A program made the position numbers and the translations under genes. Below are positions 1 through 11,398 of a stretch of DNA of 64,000 bases, one piece after another (position 1 is the stretch's first letter; the number at the start of each line of letters is the position of its first letter). The notes under the pieces were generated by a model. It was not told the origin of the DNA. It made no database searches and saw only the letters and a program-made list of their open reading frames with translations. Location of the stretch: NCBI GenBank assembly GCA_964016885.1, contig OZ024758.1, positions 29,078,001 to 29,142,000 of the forward strand, given 5' to 3'. The DNA is from Eledone cirrhosa (taxonomy: Eukaryota).

Positions 1-632
1 AAGGGAGAAATTAGAAATAAGAGGGATCAGATGTTGTTTACTCGAGAGAAGACTACGTTGGTATGGTCACGTGATGCACATGAAAGATGACGGCTGTATA
101 AAAAAAGTGCAGGGCGATAAAAATAGACGGTAGCCACGGAGTAGGCAGACCCAGAAAAACCTGAGACGACTTGATAAATTCCGACCTCACACACTTACAC
201 CTCTCCAAGACAATGTCACTGGACCGAGATCTTTGGCGCTACACAGTAATACAGAAGATCCGCCTTGCCTAAGTACAAAGCGAAACCTACAGTCAGTAGG
301 CACCTCTAACAAGAATACACCCCCCCCCCCACCCCCACCCCATCCACACCACCCCTTTCGATGTAAAGTTATGTTGGTACCACAACATCCAGTCCAAAAT
401 AAATGAGGTCGTGTAGGTGTCACACAAAAAAAACACACAGTCCACGCTGTAATGTGGCCGTATAGGTAACACAGTAAACGTGTTTGGTGTTAGGAAGAGC
501 ATCCAGCCTTCGAAAACCTGCCAGACAGTCCTATACGAGCAGGACAACCAATCTTGCCTCAAGTGGGAAAATTCCCGTCCAAACCCATGCAAGCTTGGAA
601 GATGGACGTTAAACAACGATGATGATGATGAT
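1..632 (+). mobile_element. RTE-clade LINE 3' fragment (family A) with (GAT)n tail
   Basis: Begins with RLRWYGHVM..GRPRKT coding remnant; co-linear with 7810-8448; ends gacgttaaac(gat)n. Confidence 0.85.
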
Positions 633-668
633 GATATATATATATGTGTATGTGTATATATATATATA

Positions 669-707
<39 letters not shown>

Positions 708-1260
708 ATATATATGTATATGTGTGTGTGTACCCTTGCAAGTAGGGAAAAGCGGACGTATGATGTATATATATATATATGTGTGTATGTATATATATAT
801 ATGTATGTGTGTATGGGTATATATATATATATGTGTGTATGTATATATATATATATATATGTGTGTATGTATATATATATATATATATGTGTGTATGTAT
901 ATATATATATATATATGTGTGTATGTATATATATATATATATATGTGTGTATGTATATATATATATATATATGTGTGTATGTATATATATATATATGTGT
1001 GTATGTATATATATATATGTGTGTATGTATATATATATATATATATGTGTGTATGTATATATATATATATATATGTGTGTATGTATATATATATATATAT
1101 ATGTGTGTATGTATATATATATATATATATGTGTGTATGTATATATATATATATATGTGTGTATGTATATATATATGTGTGTATGTATATATATATGTGT
1201 GTATGTATATATATATGTGTGTATGTATATATATATGTGTGTATGTATATATATGTATGT
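633..1260. repeat. (TA)n/(TG)n compound microsatellite
   Basis: gtgtgtatgt(at)n units; source of spurious Y/I/C/V-rich ORFs. Confidence 0.97.
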
Positions 1261-1663
1261 AGGGAGAGATGACCCCTTAGCCTTTGTCAAGGCAGAATTC
1301 TAGGAGAAGGAAAACTCTGATATAACACCTGCAACCCTGATGGTATCCAATGATGTTGACTTGTTCTTCTTTTTGGTAAATATTATCTTGGTTAAGAGAG
1401 TGGGACTGGCTTTGTGCAGTGCCTTTGCTCACTAAAAAAGCTTCACGGCACAGGCATTGCTTTATATCTGGAGATCTCTCTGCACTTGTCATCACATGGG
1501 CCCAGCACTATGTGTCAATAATTGTCACAGGTGTAGTGTTTGTACCAGAATTTTCAAGTCGCTGGCTGGACTAAAAAGTCACACCCGTTCAGCGCATCGG
1601 TAGGGGTTTTCCTACATGGATATAAAGTAGTGGCCGTACTCGAAAACGAGTTGGCAGCCACCG

Positions 1664-2265
1664 TATGTATATATATATGTGTGTATGTATATATATATGT
1701 GTATGTATATATATATGTGCGTATGTATATATATATGTGTGTATGTATATATATATGTGTATGTATATATATATATGTGTGTATGTATATATATATATAT
1801 ATGTGTGTATGTATATATATATATATATGTGTGTATGTATATATATATATATATGTGTGTATGTATATATATATATATATGTGTGTATGTATATATATAT
1901 ATATATATGTGTGTATGTATATATATATATATGTGTGTATGTATATATATTTATATGTGTGTGTATGTATATATATATATATGTGTGTGTGTATGTATAT
2001 ATATATATATATGTGTGTATATATATATATATGTGTGTATGTGTGTATATATATATATGTGTGTGTGTGTGTATATATATGTGTGTGTGTGTATGTATAT
2101 ATATGTGTGTGTATATATGTGTGTATATATATGTGTGTGTGTACCCTTGCAAGCAGGGAAAAGCGGACGCATGATGTATATATATATATATATATGTGTG
2201 TATATATATATATCTGTGTGTATACATGTATATGTGTGTATATATGTATGTGTGTGTGTATATAT

Positions 2266-2312
<47 letters not shown>
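1664..2312. repeat. (TA)n/(TG)n compound microsatellite
   Basis: Same unit structure as 633-1260. Confidence 0.97.
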
Positions 2313-2313
<1 letters not shown>

Positions 2314-2505
2314 CAAATTATCCTGAGTCAGTTTTGTCGTTGCTTTGGTCCCCGCGGCTGGCTTACCGGTCGTAATCTTCAATTTGCAGAGCTGTCTAAA
2401 CGTAATGTTATTACTCTAAGGTAAAATACCTTATTGAGTGCTTAGCTGCACAGTCGTTAGCTTAGCTGCAGCCAGAGCTTCGATTATGCTGTACTTCCAT
2501 ATATA

Positions 2506-2889
2506 TATAAACGTTTGTATATGTATAATAAAGCCAAAACAATGCAGGTATGGACATAGAATAAAGAATGCAAATACAAAAGATATTGTTGATAATTAGT
2601 CTTTTACCTTAGATTTATTTAAATGTCCTTAATTTTCGAGATATATCTTCTTCGGAGGGAAGTAAAGCTGTTAAACCAGTGTTCTAAATAGTTTGGCAAG
2701 CTATTTAGAACACTGGTTTAACCGCTTTACTTCCCTCCGAAGAAGAGATATTATCTCGAAAATTAAGGACATTTAAATAAATCTAAGGTAAAAGACTGAT
2801 TGTCAACAATATCTTTTGCATTTGCATTCTTTATTCTATGTCCATACCTGCATTGTTTTGGCTTTATTATACATATACAAACGTTTATA
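2506..2889. repeat. ~190-bp-arm, nearly loopless palindrome, possibly Penelope-like inverted pLTR
   Basis: tataaacgtttgtatatg...gttctaaatag mirrored by ctatttagaac...catatacaaacgtttata; centre near 2696. Confidence 0.9.
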
Positions 2890-3285
2890 CCTCATTACAC
2901 AATGCTTCAAGTGAACTATAACCTCCTTCATATATATATATGAAAAATTTGGGACCCCAATGGCTGAGCTCCAGCCATTTCAACAGCTAGATCCGAACTA
3001 AAGCACCAGTATTTGGGCAGCAGGAATCTAGCTGTTCTTCTCAGGGAGTAGAGTCCATATATGGGTAGACAGTCTGTGCATAAAAAAATTCTTTGAAGTT
3101 CTCTTTTTGTTTGGGGGGTAGGGGGGGGTGTACATTTATTCAAATGTACATCTTTGTAAAGTTACCTGTTTTAGTCCTGCTTTATCAGCCATCAGGGTCC
3201 CAAATTTTTTCATATTACCCACTCTACTACCCCAAATATTGAGTACTCTGGTGAGTAATGGTCTAACTGGTTTTTACCACCTCCA

Positions 3286-3328
<43 letters not shown>

Positions 3329-3587
3329 CTGTTCTGGTCAAAAGAGGGAATCAATTAAGTAAATGTACAATATTGTAAAATGGTTGTATAAAAAATTAAC
3401 ATATTTCAGATAATAAATCTAAATTTTATTTTTTTATCTTTTTTTAAAATAATTTTACTATTTATGACTTTTGCTTGAATATCATCATCATCATCAAATC
3501 AAATTAACTAAATATAAAATACAACTATTACTATTGCCACTATTACAATTTAGCCAATATCAACATTTTCAATTTGTTTATTTTTAG

Positions 3588-3694
3588 GTGAATCTGGTTT
3601 GGGAAAATCTACATTGATAAATTCTTTATTTTTAACGGACTTATATTCTTCTGAGTACCCTGGACCATCACTAAGAATTCAAAAGACTGTCAAG
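3588..3694 (+). CDS. SEPT7: Septin-7 coding exon A (P-loop/G1 and switch I), first coding exon seen in window
   Basis: tttttAG|GT GAA TCT...GTC AAG|GTagac; translates (G)[35 protein letters not shown], the septin GxxGxGKS P-loop with SEPT7-like YPGPS.RI.KTV; 107 nt. Confidence 0.96.
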
Positions 3695-4702
3695 GTAGAC
3701 ATCCATTTTTATTACATTTCTATTTAAAAGGATAGTTTTATCTATCTTTCAAGGTACAATCATGTTGAAGTAGAAAAAACAAATTATTTCTGTTTACTAC
3801 CCTAAATATGCAGTGAAGGCGCGTTGCTGAGTGGTTAGATAATTGGATTCACAATCGTGAGGTTGTGAGTTTGATTCCCAGACCAGGTCATGCGTAGTGT
3901 CCTTGAGCAAAACACTTTATTTCACATTGCTCCTTCTGCCTAGATTTGTGGCTGGTAGATAGTACTAGCAATTGGAAAGACCAGTGGAAACGTTTCCTTG
4001 ATCCAATTTGACAAGCTCCACCCAACTCATTAAGCAAATGAGGTCTGGAATCTTATCGATCGACTGTTATATACACGAAATATAAGCCAAGGAATATGTG
4101 ACCAAAAAAGATCGATGGCAAAAGGAGTGTTGGCTTATATTTGAAGTCAATATTTTGACGATTTTCATCAACTCTATTCTGCCAGTTGATACTGAGAAGT
4201 TACTTCTTGAGATTGTCCAGTTCTCAGACATTCAACAAAGTGAACCAAGCCTAAGGCACCATTCAGATATCAAATCTACAAGATGGGAAAAATTGCTCTA
4301 TTCCATTAAAAGGCATTGGAAGTATTACCATATTTTGCAAGCAGTATAATCACCAAGTGGTCTAAAATGTAATAGGATTTCAAACTGCGATTTCATATTT
4401 CATGCTATTTATAAATGCCGGAACTAACTAGGTGACTTAATTATGTGAGTTGAGTGGGCGACAGCTATGATTCTATCTCTGTATAAATATTTTCATATAT
4501 ATATGTTGGAAGTATGTTGTTTAATAACAAAGTATGATTAGTAATGACAGAGGTCCTACAAAATTTAGGAAAAGCCAGCGGACATGATTTGTTTGATGTG
4601 GAACATAATGTTCATGTTTACAAACAATAAGTGAATGAAGAAAGCAACTGTCTGAAGTAATGCCCGTTGTCAAAATACTGGATTCTCTCACAATCATCAT
4701 CA

Positions 4703-4914
4703 TAACCCTTTAGTATTTAAACTGGCCATATCTGGTCAGAATTCTCTCACCTCTTTTTACTCAAACTGGTTGTGACCAGCCACTCATACTTATGTTAAAG
4801 TATTGTTCTCAAAATAAATATCAAAATCTCATAGATTTGATATTATGTGATATAAAGCCTTTACCGTGAAAATATGATAGTAAATATAGAGTAATGTAAA
4901 TGCTGAAAGGTTAA
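4703..4914 (+). mobile_element. piggyBac-type MITE (TTAA-CCCTTTAGCATTTA family), degenerate copy
   Basis: taaccctttagtattta...taaatgctgaaaggttaa; shared internal sequence with other copies. Confidence 0.8.
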
Positions 4915-5874
4915 TGCCCATTTTTCCTGTTAGTGAAGATGAATATTGGCTACTTTCCTTTTTTCTGTGGAAAAGGATGCTGCAACCAATGTCAGATCAC
5001 ACAGCATACTGGGCTGGGGTAAAACTGTATTCAACATCTTTAAGAAATACTTTTTGAAAAACATTGAGGTGAAGTGTCACCACTTGATTATCACATCAAG
5101 AAGTATTTCATTTACAAATTGGAGTGGCAATCATGGGAATTTATTTAATAAGGCCTCTTTTGGTCATCATTGACACGTGTGTATGTGGGTTAGTGCCAAC
5201 CATCACTAATGTACAGACAAAATTAGCACTTATATAAATTTTACAAAGTGCCTTGCACCATTTAGTTGCATCCTTTTACACTCAAAGTTCTAAATCCTGC
5301 TACAGTCATCTTTGCCATTCATTTTTCTGGGATCAATAAAATATAGTATTGACCAAGTAGTAGGGTCAGTTTAATTGACTACACCCTAGTAGTTGATAGA
5401 TTTTTTGGTTTTTTGCCAATGTTAGAAATCAATATTTTGGTGTAGAAAGAGACATACAGCATCATGATTCAATAACATTCCATGGACCCATGCTAGCATG
5501 GAAAATGGATGTTAAAGGATGATGTAGTTTTCTGCCATGGAAAACTAAATTTGTTAATTCTTGATAATCTTGCTGCTGGCCAGTATCACATTCCAATGAG
5601 CTGTTGATAAGATAAAATGATCAATCAGTATGTGTATTAAAGGGATGTCCTCTCAAATTTCAGGACATAAATAATACAGTGGTTGAAAAATATTGGACAT
5701 TGCAAACAAGATAGGTTAAAAATAACCACTACTATAGATACAGCAGCTTGGTTATGGACACCTTGTAATAATTTAGCAGAAAATATCTAAAAGCAGGTTT
5801 GTTAATTCAAATGTTTATAGTATCTTTACTAGTGAACAGATTGTTGTGAACATTGTTTTTCTGTTTGCTAAATT

Positions 5875-8448
5875 GACTGTGGAATATGGCAGTTAAAGGA
5901 CCCCACAGCCACAAATTTAAAAGCTTATTACTTGATGCTTTTGACAGTAAGGAAGAGCAATTAGAGACATACAATATAGAGGAACAGTGGGAATTTTTGA
6001 AAATTAACCTGCTGAAGGCAATAGATGAAATTTGTGGCTGGAGCAGACTTATAGGCAGGAGGAGAGTAACTTGGTGGTGGAACAGTAAGGTGGAGTCAAT
6101 CAGGGCCAAAAAGCAGGATGGGGGAAGTAGAGAACACTATCAAGTGGCCAGGAGGGAAGCTAGGAGACAAGTGTACTTTGCAAGAAGGGAAGCAGAGAAA
6201 AAGTTCAAGCATGTTCTACAACGTGAGGACTAAAAATGTGAGGTGTTCAGGATTGCAAGACAATGAATGTGTCAAGGAAAACAGTGATATTGTCGGGGAG
6301 AAGTGTGTCCGTAATGATGATGGTGTACTTGCCATCACTGATGCTGATAAGAAGGTAGCTTGGAAGTGTCACTACGTGAGACTACTAAATGAGGAGAATA
6401 AATGGGAAAAAGATAGTCTGCCCCAAATCGATCCAATAGAAGGACCAGCGGTGCAAGTTAAAGGTAGTATAATAAGGCAATCAAAGATATGAAGACAGGG
6501 AGGCAGCTGGGCCTTCGGAGATAGTTGCTGAGATGTTGAAGGCATCTGGAATGGTGGGACATACTATTGTCACCCGTATAGTAAACCAAGTAATACAGAA
6601 TGGGGTCATACCTAAGGACTCATCATAGTTAACTGCTACAAGGGTAAAGGAGATGCTCTAGATAGAGGAAACTCTAGAGGCATTAAGTTAGTTGACCAGG
6701 TCATGAAGGTCACAGAAAGAGTTATAGCGCAACAAATCAGAGATCAAATTGATCTAAATGAAATGCAGTTTGGGTTTGTCTCAGATAAAAATACTACAGA
6801 TGCTCTTTTCCTTGTACGACAACTACAGGAAAAGTACCTAGCTAAAAGTAAACCCCTCTACTTAGCTTTTGTTGACTTGGAGAAAGCCTTTGACAGTCCC
6901 CTACACTCCATTATCTGGTGGGCCCTTAGAAAGCTCGGAGTAGATGAATGGCTTGTGAGAGCTATACAAGCCATGTATAAAGATACAGTCAGCAAGGTTA
7001 GAATTAACAACGAATATAGTGAAGAATTTAGCGTAAAAGTCGGTGTTCATCAAGGCTCTGTCCTTAACCCCCTCCTATTTATTATTGCCCTTCAGGCTAT
7101 AACAGAGGAGTTTAAGATTGGCTGCCCATGGGAACTTCTAGAGGCAGATGATCTAACACTCATAGCTGACTTTATGGCTGAACTAGAGAAGAAATTCCAA
7201 ACATGGAAGCTTGGCCTAGAATCAAAAGGCCTTAAAGTTAACTTGTCTAAGACTAAAGTTCTAGTATGTAGAAAGGAAAATAGGGCACAGGTGCCCTCTG
7301 GGAAATGGCCATGCTCAGTGTAGGAAAGGAGTAGGTAGAAATTCCATTCTATATCCCAAATGCAAAGTATGGGTACATAAAAGATGTAGTGGGATCACAG
7401 GCAAGCCATCTAAGAACGTAGATTTTATATGTGGCCGATGCTCAAGTACAATAAGTAGCAAGTGCCCACAAAATACTGTCCAGATGGTTCCATAGAAATA
7501 GTGGACACTTTACGCGACCTGGGTGACAAAATCAGCAGTGGTGGAGGGTGTTCTGAAAGTTCAGTAGCCAGAGTTAGAACGGGATGGAAAAAGTTCAGAG
7601 AGCTTATACTGCTGTTGGCTACAAAAGGTTTCTCTCTGAAAATGAAAGGCAGGCTGTATGATGCTTGTATACGAACAACAATGTTACATGGCAGTGAGGC
7701 ATGGGCATTGTGTACAGAGGACCTGTGCAGACTAGAAAAGAACAAAGCATGCATGCTCCGCTGGATGTGTAATAGTAATATACATGAACGGCAAAACATA
7801 AATGAACTAAGTGAGAAATTAGGAATAAGAGGGATCAGATGCTGTTTACTCGAGAGAAGAATACGTTGGTACGGTCACGTGATGCGCATGAAAGACGACA
7901 GCTGTATAAAAAAGTGCAGGGCGATCAAAATTGAAGGAAGTTACAGAGTAGGTAGACCCAGAAAATCTTGGGATGACATAATAAAGTCCGACCTTGCACA
8001 CTTGCGCATCTCTAAGACAATGTCAGTGGATTGAGATTTTTGGCGCCATGCAGTATTACAGAATGTATTACAGTATTCCCTATGTGCAAAGTTAACCTAC
8101 AGTCAGTAGGCCCCTCCAAACCAAACACCCCAACCGACTCCCACCAACACCACCCTTTCTCTATAAAGTTATGTTGGTACCACAACATCCACTCCAAACT
8201 AATGAGATCGAATAGGTGTCATGACAAAAACACGCAGTCCACGCTGTAATGTGGCCGTGTAGGTAACATGGTAAAAAGTTCGCAGTCCACACTGTAAATT
8301 AGGTTGGTGTTAGGAAGGGCATCCAGCCATAGAAAACCTGCCAGATAGTCCTAGCGAGACACGGTCACCCAACCAATCTTGCCTCAAGTGGGACAACTCC
8401 CGTCTAACCCGTGCTAGCGTGGAAGATAGACGTTAAACGATGATGATG
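5875..8448 (+). mobile_element. 5'-truncated, decayed RTE-clade LINE (family A): RT domain, PHD-like finger, 3' UTR, (GAT)n tail
   Basis: ORF pieces QFGF, LYLAFVDLEKAFD, GVHQGSVLNPLLF, EADD (catalytic YADD altered), RWYGHVMR, GRPRKSW; stops and frameshifts. Confidence 0.93.
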
Positions 8449-8837
8449 GTGATTTGCAACATTAGAATAAAGAGTTTACTTTTTAATGTGATGCAGTCAT
8501 AGCGCTGTTTATACTTTTCAAGAATGTCTTGCTCATGTGGTTTCATGCCGTATAAGACATTAAGTTTGTAAACAAATAGGGATTTATTTAGGTGTATAAA
8601 TGGATGCATAAAGTTCATACTACAATTATCATGAATTACTGCCTTTGTTGTGTGCATTTGTCGAATCTGTAATTCAGTCAGTCAAAAATAGGGCGTCAAT
8701 TGAAAATTGTTCTCACACTGAAGCTTGGAATGATATTATATAGATGTGGTTAGAATGACATGTTAGAATCTGGTGAAATCACTTGCAAGAAAATGTCAAT
8801 TCAAGCTGTGGACATTTTGAACATTATTATGATTTTT

Positions 8838-9250
8838 GCTGTGGATTAGCAGAATCGGTAGAGCGTCGGACAACATGAGTTATGACCCTTTGCGTTCTGA
8901 GTTCAAATCCTGCCGAGGTTAGCTTTGCCTTTCATCTTTACGGGATCGATAAAATAAAGTACCAGTAATGCACTAGGGTTAATTTAATCGACTTTCCTTT
9001 TCCCCCAAAATTGTTGGCCTTGTGCCTAAATCAGAAACCATTATTATGATTTGAAGGGCGGTGGATGGGCAGTATCGGTAGGGGGTCGGACGCCATGCTT
9101 TGACGCATAGAGTTACGGCCCTTGCCATTCTGAGTTCAAATCCCGCCGAGGTTAACTTTGCCTTTCATCCTTACAGGGTCGATAAAATAAAGTACCAGTA
9201 ATGCACTGGGATAATTGCTGGCCTTGTGCCAAAAGTAGAAACAATTATTA
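8838..9250 (+). mobile_element. Two head-to-tail tRNA-derived SINEs (family 1)
   Basis: A-box-like tggcagaatcggtagagc, B-box gagttcaaatcc, body ctttgcctttcatcct..ggtcgataaaataaagtaccag, (ATT)n tail. Confidence 0.85.
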
Positions 9251-9381
9251 TGATTTTTGCTTTTTGAATGTATTTTTCTTTTAAATTCCTGTTGGGCAAC
9301 TTGTGTAAATATATGCTGTGTGTTGTTGATGTACATTGAAGGGAAAAAATATAGTGTCCCATGCAGGAGCTAGCAGTGGCA

Positions 9382-9737
9382 GATTTGGTGTCACGAAAAA
9401 TGCACCCAGTACACTGTGTGTTGATTTGGTGTCACGAAAAATGCACCCAGTACACTGTGTGTTGATTTGGTGTCACGAAAAATGCACCCAGTACACTGTG
9501 TTGATTTGGTGTCACGAAAAATGCACCCAGTACACTGTGTTGATTTGGTGTCACGAAAAATGCACCCAGTACACTGTGTGTTGATTTAGTGTCACGAAAA
9601 ATGCATCAAGTACACTGTGTTGATTTGGTGTCACGAAAAATGCACCCAGTACACTGTGTTGATTTGGTGTCACGAAAAATGTACCCAGTACACTGTGTTG
9701 ATTTAGTGTCACGAAAAATGTACCCAGTACACTGTGT
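9382..9737 (+). repeat. 39/41-bp minisatellite, ~9 copies
   Basis: gatttggtgtcacgaaaaatgcacccagtacactgtgtt repeated, running into the retroposon motif gttaggaagggcatcc. Confidence 0.93.
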
Positions 9738-10030
9738 TAGGAAGGGCATCCAACTGTAGAGACCTTGTCAAATATGGAATGTAATGAGCAAGATTGGTTG
9801 CTCCAATCTGTCTGGTCATGAAATGTGATAGCAACCTAATTGATAGTGTGGGAAGGTAGATGTTAATGAGGTGAAACTGTCTGGCAGGCCATTTCAATAC
9901 CTATATCTTTGGGTAAAATGAAGTTTAAGCAGATGATGGTCAAAATATAAAGATAGTCAATTAACTCAACCTCATTGCATTACTGGTACTTTATTTTATC
10001 GATCTTGTAAGGCAAAACTAGCCTCAGCAA

Positions 10031-10442
10031 GATTTGAACTTCTTATGTCCACAAGAGTGTTGGTTACAAAGCTTAGCTAGATATGGTTCTGCCACAGCTG
10101 AACACATTGCTGCCTTTTCTCATTAAACTCTGCCAAGTCTGTTGTGCAGGGGTGTTCCAGCAGGGATTTGAACTTCTTATGTCCACAAGAGTGTCGGTTA
10201 CAAAGCTTGGCTAGATATGGTTCTGCCACTGCTGAACACATTGCTGCCTTTTCTCATTAAACTCTGCCAAGTCTGTTGTGCAGGGGTGTTCCAGCAGGGA
10301 TTTGAACTTCTTATGTCCACAAGAGTGTCGGTTACAAAGCTTGGCTAGATATGGTTCTGCCACTGCTGAACACATTGCTGCCTTTTCTCATTAAACTCTG
10401 CCAAGTCTGTTGTGCAGGGGTGTTCCAGCAGGGATTTGAACT
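10031..10442. repeat. 134-bp tandem triplication
   Basis: gatttgaact recurs at 10031, 10165, 10299, 10433 with near-identical intervening sequence. Confidence 0.95.
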
Positions 10443-11180
10443 GATTGGAAATAATAGAAAAAATGATCAGTTTCAAATAATAAATAGACTAAAATCTTAA
10501 TGAGACTTTCTTATGATTGCTTCACACCAACTATAATTTTCACTCATTTTGAAAGGTCTGCAAAAGTCATGGACACTGTCCCTTTCTTCTAACTAAACCT
10601 TAAAAAATAATTTTTTAATGCTAGTTTCTATATTTTAGTGGGGTTTTTTTTTTTTTTTTTTTTTTTTTTTCAAAATTAAATATTTTTAAATGTAATAAGT
10701 AGTAAATAAATTTCCTATTATTAAAGCTCGTGCTATGTGGCACTGTTGTGAGAAGTAGGAATGGTCATAAACTACTGCAGCTTATTCCACTTATCTTTCT
10801 CTCTATCAACTTGTGTTTGTTTTATTCCTATCTCTCATGCCAGCTACTTCTTTTGTACCAGCTACCTCTCTGATGACTTCCACCATCCTCCTTCACCTCC
10901 TCCTCACTGACACTTCTGTGTCCTCCTACATACACACCACACATTCACATACCCCTAATTCATGTATATATAAGGCTACATATGGTAAATACATAAACAT
11001 CTAGGTATTAGTCACTAATATAACTTTGCTAATTTAAACTTTTTTTTTTATCCATTATGTTGATGTACTTATTTCAGGGTATTTAATTGTATAAACCTAA
11101 TGACTTGCTAGCTAAGATGTATGCCATCATTCTGTTATGCTCTTCAGCTTTATTTCAACACTTTTGCTCTACTTACTACC

Positions 11181-11398
11181 TTAACCCTTTAGCATTTAAA
11201 CCGGCCATATGCAGCAAGAATTCTCTCACCTCTTTCTGTTCAATCTGGCTGTAACCAGCCCCTCATACTGATGTTCTCAAAATATATATCATCAAAATCA
11301 CATAGATTCGATATTATGTGAAATAATTATGTGTGATAAAGTGTTTACAGTGAAACTGTAATAGTATATATAGAGTAATGTGAATGCTAAAGGGTTAA
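11181..11398 (+). mobile_element. piggyBac-type MITE, intact ends
   Basis: TTAA ccctttagcatt ... aatgctaaaggg TTAA. Confidence 0.9.

Noticed and set aside
1260-1500. Possible RTE 5' UTR fragment (ctaggagaaggaaaactctg)
   Set aside because: Resemblance recalled from memory only; no second copy or linked ORF in the window
480-2424. Many 140-290 aa ORFs rich in Y/I/C/V/H/T
   Set aside because: Stop-free translations of (TA)n/(TG)n microsatellites in several frames on both strands
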